Source: an uncultured Enterobacteriaceae bacterium
GTDB lineage: Bacteria > Pseudomonadota > Gammaproteobacteria > Ga0077536
Direction of reading: 5' to 3'
Length of the DNA stretch: 64,000 bases
Assembly: GCA_964523765.1 (NCBI GenBank)
Contig: CAZFZX010000005.1
Location: 329 to 64,328, forward strand
Made by a program: the position numbers and the translations under genes. This document shows positions 27,273 through 35,519 of this stretch, piece after piece (position 1 is the stretch's first letter; each line of letters begins with the position of its first letter). Below the pieces are notes generated by a model. That model did no database searches, had not been told where the DNA came from, and was given only the letters and a program-made list of their open reading frames with translations.

Positions 27273-29533
27273 TGCGGCGCCGGCGCGGTTTGCCCAGTAG
27301 GTGTCTCCAGGTGTTGCTGTTCGTATGCCTGGCGACGCCGGTCGCTGCGCAGACCGTGCCTTCCGCGCCGGGGGAGGCCATCGCGCAGGCGCGTCAATTA
27401 CTGTCCGCTTTGACCGACGAGGCTGCGACCAGCCGTTTCGCTCAAGTTAGCCGCGAATACGGCCTGGTGGTCGACGGAGTACGCCAGGGTAAGGCGACGA
27501 TGGCGCAGTTGACCACGATGCGCGACATCACGCGGCGGATGCGCGAGCGCGCGACCGCGCGCCTGAAGGCGGCCGAGGCCGAGGCCGGCGAGAACGAAGG
27601 AGCCCTGGAAGGGCTCTACCGCTCGGTTACTTGGGACGATCTGAGCTTCGCGTTGGCCGCATTTCCGTACTGGGGCGCTTGGATTGATCTGGAGATCTCC
27701 AAGCGGCTCAAGGACCCCGACGAGAAGCGGAAATGGATCTGGGAGGCTAAGAAGGGGTTTCGATCCACCTCCGTGCAGGTCTTCCGGCCGAGTCTCATCT
27801 ACGGTGGTTGGCTCGGTCTTGGCTATGTCGCGGCGGCGGAGGGCAGGACCGATCGCGCGCTTTCGATCTTCGAGAGTCTGGAGAATTCGTTGGCCGATGA
27901 TCCGACTCATCCGCTCTATGACGTGGTCTCTCTGGAACTCCGTCTGCTACGCGCCAAGCAAGGCAAGGTTGTCGGTTCCGGCGGCACCGGGCGGATCGAT
28001 GCCCGGGAAGCGAAGCTGTTGCGCGTGGAGGCCTTTGCGTTGTTCGAGCAGTATCGAACCACCCAGTCCGGCGCGAACGAGGCGGCGAGCCGCTTGAAGC
28101 GGGTGATCGACGCGGGTTACATCGACGATGAATTGATCGCGTTGATCCTCAAGTACCGGGCCGAAATCGTCGCCCACAACCTCGGCCCTTATACCGCGCT
28201 CGCCGGCGCCGAATACGCCTTCGAATATGAACATTATTTCGACGCCGTGCGTAAGTACAAGGAGTTCTTTGCGACCGTCGAATTTCGCGGCGACGTCAAT
28301 TTTGACCGGATCCGTTACCGGCACGCGCTGGCGTGCTACAAAGCGAAGTTGAACGACGACGCCGCGATCATCGCGGAGAGTCTGCTGCGGAACAAAGAGC
28401 TCGATCCCGAGATCAAGAAAGCGGCGGTGAAACTCGCTTACGTCGCGCGGGCGACACGCAAAGGCAAGCCGACCAGAAGCTCGCGCGGCGCCATGCAACG
28501 GGCGGCCGAGCGTTTCGTCACCCACTACCCGAATGACGCCGACGCCGATGGCGCGCGGCTGCGCGTCGCGCAGCAAACGAGCGATTCGAATAAGGCGTTC
28601 TACATGCTCAACAGCGTTCAGAAACCGGCCAAGCTGAAAGGCGGCGTACAGCAGACAAAATTCTATATCGTGGCACGAGATTTCGCGAACGCGATTCGGC
28701 GCACCAAGAACAAACCACCGAAGGCCCTGGCCGCGCGGGGGATCAGCGCATACCGGCAACTGCCGAACAAGCAGCAGCGGATCCCGGAGAACAAGGCCAT
28801 CGTGATCCAAATGCGCGCGCTCGCCGACAAACGGCCGGCTGAGGTGATCGCGGCGATCGATGCCGCGGAAAAGGCGGGCGGACTCAGTTTGTCCGCTCGG
28901 CAGGCGATGCTGTGGGCGCGGCTGAAATGTCTGGAGCGGCTGCAGAATAACGATAACCTCATTGCTTTCCTCGGGCAGCTCGCCGGGTCGAGTCTGGAAG
29001 GTTGGCAGCTAGAGCAAATCTATCCGACGATCAAGTCGACCGAGGACGTAAATGTACGCTTGGCCGCCGCCAAGACTTTGCTACCGGCGTTGACTTCGGA
29101 CCCGGCGATGGAACGCCGTTTCAAGATCATTTTGATCGAGGCGATGTTGGACCTCGAACAATACGCCGAAGCCTACGAACAGGCGAAGCAGTTCCGGGAA
29201 GCCTATCCGAAAGCCGGCGATGCCTACCGTCTGTTTGCCATCGCGGCGGCCAAGACGGACAGACCGATAGAGGCCGATCGTGCCTGGCGAATCATTACCG
29301 ATCGAGCCGACCCACGCCGGGAGGTGTGGTGGGATGCGATGTTGCAGCGGATCGAAATCCGCGCCGGATCGACGCGGCCGAAAGCCGCTTGCGAAGTGCT
29401 GTCCGAAGTCGATGCCCGCGCACCATTGATGCCGGCGGCCGTGGCGCCGAAGTTTGAAGCGCTGCGCGGCACGTTACCGTGCGCGGCACAAAGGGGTCAG
29501 ACCCCTGCGCTCGAAGAGCGCGATAAGGGTTGA
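27272..29533 (+). CDS. large secreted all-alpha / TPR-like repeat protein
   Basis: 753 aa. The ATG overlaps the upstream TGA (TGATG). Signal peptide is LQVLLFVCLATPVAAQ. The rest is Ala/Leu/Arg-rich helical repeat composition. Confidence 0.7.
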   Translation: MRRRRGLPSRCLQVLLFVCLATPVAAQTVPSAPGEAIAQARQLLSALTDEAATSRFAQVSREYGLVVDGVRQGKATMAQLTTMRDITRRMRERATARLKAAEAEAGENEGALEGLYRSVTWDDLSFALAAFPYWGAWIDLEISKRLKDPDEKRKWIWEAKKGFRSTSVQVFRPSLIYGGWLGLGYVAAAEGRTDRALSIFESLENSLADDPTHPLYDVVSLELRLLRAKQGKVVGSGGTGRIDAREAKLLRVEAFALFEQYRTTQSGANEAASRLKRVIDAGYIDDELIALILKYRAEIVAHNLGPYTALAGAEYAFEYEHYFDAVRKYKEFFATVEFRGDVNFDRIRYRHALACYKAKLNDDAAIIAESLLRNKELDPEIKKAAVKLAYVARATRKGKPTRSSRGAMQRAAERFVTHYPNDADADGARLRVAQQTSDSNKAFYMLNSVQKPAKLKGGVQQTKFYIVARDFANAIRRTKNKPPKALAARGISAYRQLPNKQQRIPENKAIVIQMRALADKRPAEVIAAIDAAEKAGGLSLSARQAMLWARLKCLERLQNNDNLIAFLGQLAGSSLEGWQLEQIYPTIKSTEDVNVRLAAAKTLLPALTSDPAMERRFKIILIEAMLDLEQYAEAYEQAKQFREAYPKAGDAYRLFAIAAAKTDRPIEADRAWRIITDRADPRREVWWDAMLQRIEIRAGSTRPKAACEVLSEVDARAPLMPAAVAPKFEALRGTLPCAAQRGQTPALEERDKG

Positions 29534-29576
29534 TAAGTTAGTTCTCGAGCCCGCAATACCCTGTGCAATGGAGATT

Positions 29577-29666
29577 AGCCACGAAGAGCACTAAGAACAC
29601 GGAGATGGGGATGTGAAATTCCTGTACAAAAACATCCCCTCCGTGTTGTTAGTGCTCTCCGTGGTT
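29577..29666. repeat. long hairpin repeat, family C copy 2
   Basis: Imperfect arms of about 30 bp, agccacgaagagcactaagaacacggag / ctccgtgttgttagtgctctccgtggtt. Shares the ccacggaga...aacacggag core with copy 1. Confidence 0.6.
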
Positions 29667-29793
29667 TCATTCTTTACGCGCGCCATGTCTGCGGTTCTAT
29701 TGAGGCGCTAAGATCCGACCTATGAATAGGGGTTAGAAAACGATTAAGCGATTAAACGAGTCTGACCCTTTTCCAAAAGTAACGCCAGTTTCG

Positions 29794-30750
29794 TTGTTGT
29801 GCGGGTTTCTCGGCAGCGGCAAGACCACACTTTTAGGCCGGGCGCTCGGACACCCGTCGCTTGCTAACGCGGTGGTCATCGTCAACGAGTTTGGCGAGGT
29901 CGCCATCGATCATCTCGTGGTGGCCGACCTCGCCGAGAACGTTCTCGAACTGCGCAACGGTTGTCTATGCTGCACGATCCGCGGCGATCTGGCGCTGACG
30001 CTCCGCGCGCTCTACCATCGGCGGCAGTTGGGCGACATCAACGCATTCGATCACGTGGTCGTCGAAACCAGTGGGCTCGCCGATCCCATTCCCTTGGCGC
30101 ACACATTGATGGCGAACCCGCCGTTGATGAAAGCGTTTTTCCTGGACGCCATTATCTGCGTGGTCGATGCGATCAGCGGAGCCGCGACCGTAGACGAGCA
30201 TGACACCGCCGCAAACCAGGTTGTCTTGAGCGACCTCATCGTCGTCAGCAAATCCGATATCGCAAAACCGGCCGATCTCACCCGGACCCTGGCCGCCGTT
30301 GCCAGGATCAATCCGGGCGCCGAGGTCCGCGAGGTAGTGAAAGGCGAAGTCGATTGTGGGGAAATATTTGGCCGCCGCTTGTTCAACCCCGAGACGCGCA
30401 CGGGCGCCATCGCACAATGGGTGTCGACCCACGTCGGACACCGTCACAACCATACTTACGGCACCCACACTATCGTCCGCGAAGAACCGTTAAGTCTTGC
30501 CGGAACGTCCGTGTTCTTGAACCACGTCGTCAACGAACAACGACTGCAGATGTTGCGCATCAAAGGCTTAGCGGGGTTTCGAGAAAAGGACGGTGCGCCT
30601 GCGCTGCTTCACGCGGTCGGCGATAAGTTTTATCCTATTAGGTGGCTGACGGAATGGCCGAGTACCGATCGCTCGAGTCGGTTGGTTTTCATCGGCCGTG
30701 ATTTGGACACGGAATGGCTGGATGCAAAGTTTGAGGCGCTCTGTAATTGA
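29794..30750 (+). CDS. COG0523 (CobW/YjiA/ZigA-like) G3E-family metallochaperone GTPase
   Basis: P-loop GFLGSGKTTL, metal motif GCLCCT, switch ETSGLADP, SKSD, and a His-rich stretch HVGHRHNHTYGTH. Only a TTG start is available, three codons before the P-loop. Confidence 0.8.
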   Translation: MLCGFLGSGKTTLLGRALGHPSLANAVVIVNEFGEVAIDHLVVADLAENVLELRNGCLCCTIRGDLALTLRALYHRRQLGDINAFDHVVVETSGLADPIPLAHTLMANPPLMKAFFLDAIICVVDAISGAATVDEHDTAANQVVLSDLIVVSKSDIAKPADLTRTLAAVARINPGAEVREVVKGEVDCGEIFGRRLFNPETRTGAIAQWVSTHVGHRHNHTYGTHTIVREEPLSLAGTSVFLNHVVNEQRLQMLRIKGLAGFREKDGAPALLHAVGDKFYPIRWLTEWPSTDRSSRLVFIGRDLDTEWLDAKFEALCN

Positions 30751-30795
30751 GCGCCGTCTCGGTAAAAGGACCCGACCTCTGCTGTGAACTTGCAT

Positions 30796-30943
30796 CGTCA
30801 CCGTCATACCGGGCTTGACCCGGTATCCAGTAGATAAAGCCCGCCGCAGGCGGACATTGTTTAACTGGACCCCGGATCGAGTCCGGGGTGACGGGCGCGG
30901 GTATAAGCACGAAAGTGAAGCATCTTTTGGAACGCATATCTAG
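30796..30943. repeat. family A repeat copy 6 (right end intact, left end missing)
   Basis: gtcataccgggcttgacccggtatccagtagataaagcccgccgcaggcggacattg..ccccggatcgagtccggggtgacgg...cgaaagtgaagcatcttttggaacgcatatctag. Confidence 0.65.
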
Positions 30944-30969
30944 ACAGTAGACAATTGAGGTAGACGACG

Positions 30970-32343
30970 ATGCGAATTCGAAAATACGACCGCGGCTATA
31001 GTAGGCGCCGTTTTCTGGAGCTAACCTCCAAGGGTACGCTCGGCGCCGGCGTGCTGTCGCCCGTATGGGACGCCGTCGCGGCGAACGGCGGTTTCGAGGC
31101 CAGCTACCCAGACGAGTTGTTGTCGATAGAAGAATACACCAAAGGGGCGCTGAAGCCTGGCGACACGATCGACGCCGACAACGTCGATCTGGTCCAGGAT
31201 CTGCTCGATCCGATCCGCTTCACGCAGATCAAGCAAATGGGGCGCAAGCTCGAACTGGTCCCCACCGTCACCGATATGACACGCCTGAGTCCCGTCGATT
31301 ACATCGAGGCGACCTTGCGCAACCGCGGCCGGGCAACCTTCGATGCGAAGGGTAACGTTGTCACCGACGACGGAAAACCGTGGATCGGCGGACTGCCGTT
31401 TCCGGAGCCGAAAAACGGGCTCGAAGTCTTCGTCGGGATAACGCTTTCATGGGGCCGGCACGACGTGTCGTTTTATCCGGTCAAGGACTATGAGATCAAC
31501 CCGGACGGAACCCAAGGGTATTACTACGAAGTCGTTTGGGTCGAGTATCAGCCGGTCGGACGGGTGACCATCGATCCCAAGCCGTACTGGCCCGGACACG
31601 AGCACATGCTGCGCTACCAGTCGGTACTTTTCACATTTCCCAATGACGCCAAGGGTACTTCGTTCCTGAATTCGTGGTATTACGACCAGTCGAAGTTTCC
31701 GAAACTGCAGGGCTACCTGCCGCAGTTCAAGCGCGTTCGCAAGTTTCCCGCCAGCCAGCGATTCGAACCTTTGATCGCCGGTTCGACGCTCTACCTGTCG
31801 GATGCATGGGCGGCGGGTGATCCCTACCTGACTTGGGGAAACTACAAGATAATAGCCCGCGGTCCGTTTCTGTCCGGCTTGTCCGAAAACTGGCACAGCG
31901 AGGATGAGAGCTGGGAAGGCGGCGTCCACGGCGGGCCGAAAGGGATCACCTTCTGGGATACAAAAGTCGAGCTGATCCCGGAGGTGATCGTCGTCGAAGC
32001 GGAGCCGACCTCGTATCCGCGGGCGCCGATCAGCAAAAAACGCGTCTGGTTCGACGCACGGACATTGCTGCCGGTGAACATGGTGAGTTACGACCGGCGC
32101 GGTGAACCCTTCAAGTCGTTCGACGGGAGCTATTCATTGTATGAGAACGGGTCGCAATCCGTCGCGGACGGCAGCCGGCCCTACTGGTCTTGGTGCAACG
32201 TCCACGCGCACAACGTACAAAGCGACCGCATGACTCGTCTCGTGCAGGTGAAAAATCTGCGCGGTTACGAAATGAGCGTCAACGATCCCAGCGTCTACGA
32301 AAACTTTCTGACGGTGCAGGCGCTGCGGCGGATGGGCACCTGA
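30970..32343 (+). CDS. DUF1329-family (LolA-like) periplasmic protein with a twin-arginine-type signal
   Basis: 457 aa. Tat-like motif SRRRFLELTSKG. DUF1329 hallmark is GKPWIGGLPFPEPKNGLEVF. Confidence 0.8.
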   Translation: MRIRKYDRGYSRRRFLELTSKGTLGAGVLSPVWDAVAANGGFEASYPDELLSIEEYTKGALKPGDTIDADNVDLVQDLLDPIRFTQIKQMGRKLELVPTVTDMTRLSPVDYIEATLRNRGRATFDAKGNVVTDDGKPWIGGLPFPEPKNGLEVFVGITLSWGRHDVSFYPVKDYEINPDGTQGYYYEVVWVEYQPVGRVTIDPKPYWPGHEHMLRYQSVLFTFPNDAKGTSFLNSWYYDQSKFPKLQGYLPQFKRVRKFPASQRFEPLIAGSTLYLSDAWAAGDPYLTWGNYKIIARGPFLSGLSENWHSEDESWEGGVHGGPKGITFWDTKVELIPEVIVVEAEPTSYPRAPISKKRVWFDARTLLPVNMVSYDRRGEPFKSFDGSYSLYENGSQSVADGSRPYWSWCNVHAHNVQSDRMTRLVQVKNLRGYEMSVNDPSVYENFLTVQALRRMGT

Positions 32344-32386
32344 TAGTTTTGGGCGCTAACGCTGCCGAAAAAAATGTTTTAGACCT

Positions 32387-32537
32387 CTCCTATTGAGGTT
32401 TACACAAAGATTGAACACCTGTGCACCGTAGGTTGGATTAGGCGCAAAGGCGCCGTAATCCAACTATTGGTCTATCGTGTTGGGTTACGCCCTGCGGGCT
32501 AACCCAACCTACAGGTTCACGAATTGTGAAAGCCTCA
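32387..32537. mobile_element. MITE-like element, family B long form, copy 3 (about 150 bp)
   Basis: Terminal inverted repeats tgaggtttacacaa / ttgtgaaagcctca enclose a pair of GTAGGTTGG(A/G)TTAGG REP units. About 88% identical (by eye) to 50517..50670. The right end contains the thiolase stop codon. Confidence 0.75.
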
Positions 32538-33776
32538 GTATTGCCCCAAGATCGTCAGGCAGGCGACGGCTTCTTCGACGCCGACGATTCCGCCACCGTT
32601 TTGCGCCATCGCCAGCTTTGCACCCTCGACCTGTCTCGCACCCGCCTCGCCTCTTAATTGAGTCACCAACTCGTAGATCTGCCCGAGCCCGGTCGCGCCG
32701 ATCGGATGACCTTTCGACTCCAAGCCACCGGAGGTGTTGATCGGAATTCGGCCGCCCAGCGCCGTTTCGCCGCGCTCGGCAACGACGCCGCCTTCGCCGA
32801 CCGGACAAAACCCCAATGCTTCGGATTCGATGACTTCGCCGGTCGCGCTGGCGTCATGAACTTCGGCGACGTCGATATCTTCCGGGCCCACGCCTGCCTG
32901 CTCGTAAGCCTGGCGGGCGCCTAGGTGGCTGCAATGACGGCTGAAATCGGTGGCGGGGCGATTGGAGCCGGTGCGGATCACGGTCGCCATGACCCGCATC
33001 ATCCGTGCCCTGGTATTCGTGAGCCGTTTGAGGCCCTCGGTATTGCAGACGATTGCCGCGGCCGCGCCATCGCTGATCGGTGAGCACATGGGGATGGTCA
33101 ATGGGTAAGTGATCGGCGCCGCGCCGAGTACTTCCTCCACGCTAAACGCTTTCGTGTATTGCGCAAGCGGGTTCATCGTCGAATGGCCATGGTTCTTCGA
33201 CGCGACGGCCGCGAGCTGCCGCTGCGTCGTGCCGAATTCCCGCATGTGCATCCGCGAGAATCCCGCGTAGACGTCCATGAATATGCTGTAGGGTCGCGGT
33301 GAGGTCGAGCCCTCCGGGATTTCGACCCCATCGCCCATAGCGCTCCATTGTCGAACGAGGTTGTCGACGTTATGCACGTCCCACGCGCCGTCGAAGGCGC
33401 TGAACATCTTGGCCTTGTCTTGTGAGTACATTTTTTCCGCCCCGATGGCGAGCGCAATATCAGCCGCTCCCGCCTTCACATAATTGACGGCGAGATGGAA
33501 TGCGGTGATTGCCGTCGCACACGCGTTCTCGACATTGACGACCGGTATGCCTTCGATCCCGAGCGATCGCAGTGCGACTTCGCCGCGCACCATGTCCTGC
33601 CCTTCCATATGGCCCTGGACACAGTTACCGAAAAATGCCGCTCCTATCGATTCTTTGTCGCCGCCGGCGTCTGTAAGGACACCGGCGAGCGCTTCGCCGG
33701 TGAGCGCTTTAAGGCTCTTGTTCAGGTGCTTCCCGAAGTGGGTCATGCTAACGCCGGCAATGTAAATGTCGCTCAT
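32535..33776 (-). CDS. thiolase-family protein (SCP-x / lipid-transfer-type thiolase)
   Basis: 413 aa. IYIAGVSMTHFGK at the N-terminus, active-site region VENACATA, and C-terminal GGLESKGHPIGATG and NGGG motifs. Confidence 0.85.
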   Translation of the reverse strand: MSDIYIAGVSMTHFGKHLNKSLKALTGEALAGVLTDAGGDKESIGAAFFGNCVQGHMEGQDMVRGEVALRSLGIEGIPVVNVENACATAITAFHLAVNYVKAGAADIALAIGAEKMYSQDKAKMFSAFDGAWDVHNVDNLVRQWSAMGDGVEIPEGSTSPRPYSIFMDVYAGFSRMHMREFGTTQRQLAAVASKNHGHSTMNPLAQYTKAFSVEEVLGAAPITYPLTIPMCSPISDGAAAAIVCNTEGLKRLTNTRARMMRVMATVIRTGSNRPATDFSRHCSHLGARQAYEQAGVGPEDIDVAEVHDASATGEVIESEALGFCPVGEGGVVAERGETALGGRIPINTSGGLESKGHPIGATGLGQIYELVTQLRGEAGARQVEGAKLAMAQNGGGIVGVEEAVACLTILGQY

Positions 33777-34148
33777 TTCGCTTACTCCGAAAGCCTGGGA
33801 TACAGGTTTGAACTCCGTCCCGACGGTTTGCTAGGGTCTGCCACCGAGGATGGCGGACCGGTACCTGTCAAATGGTACTGCGATTAGCAACCGCGCGCGC
33901 GTCGCGCCGATGAGGAATGCGGGATAGTATGGGTATTCAGGCGGGGCCGTAGCCGAGCCGCCATAAAACGAGAAAGCGAAACGCGGGAATTCAAGCATGT
34001 TGCGTATCGAAACTGGAGCCGCTGCTGCATTCGCCTACCTGCCGCTACGCGAGACGGGATGCCGAAGCGGTCGTGACGGCGGTGCGGAGTTGGCGGTGTC
34101 GCTGGCGCTCCTTTCTTCGCGGCGCCCGCATTCGTATGCCTCAACGCT

Positions 34149-34895
34149 TTGAACGCATCGATTCAGGACGGGGCTCGGATCGCATGCCCGATTTGCGGCG
34201 GTAGACGATTCGAGCCTTTGTTCGTTAAGCGAGGCGAGGCCTTCGTTCGTTGTCTGGATTGCACGTTCGTCTTGATCAATCCGCCGCCGGACCTGTCCTC
34301 GAGTACCGCTACTTACGACGAAGAGTACAGCCGGGCGTATATTCGCAAGGCCGACAAGAAGTTGAAGCGCTGCCGGCGCTGGGTGGACCGGGTGCGGCGA
34401 CGCTTCGTGTCGCATGGGCGATGGCTCGATATCGGATGTTCGGCCGGATTTGTCGTCAAGGCGGCCGACGAAGCCGGTTTCGACGCCTATGGCGTCGAAG
34501 TCGAGCCGGCAGCGGTTGCTTATGGGCGCGATGCGATGAACCTGGAGAATTTGCGCTGTGGCTATTTGGAGGAGCAGGGCTACCCGAGCGGCTATTTCGA
34601 CGTCGTATCGTTGTACGATGTGATCGAGCACGTTCGCGATCTCAACGGTCTCGCGGCCGAACTCCTCCGCATCATTGCGCCCGGCGGTGTCGTCGAGATC
34701 CGCACCCCCAACGTCGATCATTGGCAGACGCCGCGCGACCTGTCCTTGTGGAAAGAGGTCAAACCCTCGGAGCACCTTTATTACTTCAATTACCGTACTC
34801 TGAGAGCGCTGTTCGAGAAGCATGGTTTTCGGATGGCAGCGAAACGCCTCATGATCAAACCCGCGCTCGTCTTGTTCTTCTCCAAGGTCGAGTAG
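34149..34895 (+). CDS. class I SAM-dependent methyltransferase with an N-terminal Zn-ribbon
   Basis: CPICGG...CLDC, then motif I WLDIGCSAGF and post-I/II DVVSLYDVIEHV. TTG start in the ORF track. Confidence 0.8.
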   Translation: MNASIQDGARIACPICGGRRFEPLFVKRGEAFVRCLDCTFVLINPPPDLSSSTATYDEEYSRAYIRKADKKLKRCRRWVDRVRRRFVSHGRWLDIGCSAGFVVKAADEAGFDAYGVEVEPAAVAYGRDAMNLENLRCGYLEEQGYPSGYFDVVSLYDVIEHVRDLNGLAAELLRIIAPGGVVEIRTPNVDHWQTPRDLSLWKEVKPSEHLYYFNYRTLRALFEKHGFRMAAKRLMIKPALVLFFSKVE

Positions 34896-35519
34896 CCCAG
34901 CGACGGAGCGCCTACGTTCGCTATGCCTCGACGGTGCGCGCGCTTACATGGTCGCGCTCTGGCTTCCTGCGTCGCTCTCGACTTCCGTTCCTGACTCAGT
35001 TCTACCTCGTCCATCCTTGGACTCGTACCCCCCGCATCCATGGGGTCGCACCTCCGACATCCATGCGCCCATGCAGTCGTAGCATCGCGGCAGTGTTGCA
35101 TCTCTGCTCATCAGATACAGGAGCAGTTGCCCCGACGAATCGATCAAGGTCCGACCGGCTCCTCGGCGACAAACGCCATATCTGTGCGCAATTACCGGAA
35201 ATTGCCGCCGATAGGCCGGTACTTTGACAACGTCTACGCTAGAGTACCGGTTCGCCGACAAGGTCGATCGTATTCAGCAAGGGTTAAGCCGCATACGAGC
35301 CATAATGCCGCGGTATTGCGTCTGACCGCGTCGCTCTAAAGGTCGCGCCGGTGCGAACCGACAAGGGCTCTGGGGACAGTCGGATTGTGATTCAAAATGG
35401 TTCGACTCAAGGCACGGATCGCAGGTAATAGCCGGGACCATTGGCAAGCGCCGCAACGTCGAGACGGACGGTTTTGAACCCAAGGCGGCGTTCCACGAAT
35501 TAAGCAGAGGTTCCCTTAG

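Noticed and set aside
32477-32740. Short ORFs translated through repeat elements. Examples: 1630..1815, 24563..24793, 25701..26048, 30689..30937, 32477..32740, 50459..50746, 51565..51795.
   Set aside because: They coincide with family A or B repeats, occur in either orientation, and have no RBS or coding-like composition. Peptides such as MLGYALRANPTY and RHAGLDPAS are by-products of the repeat sequence.
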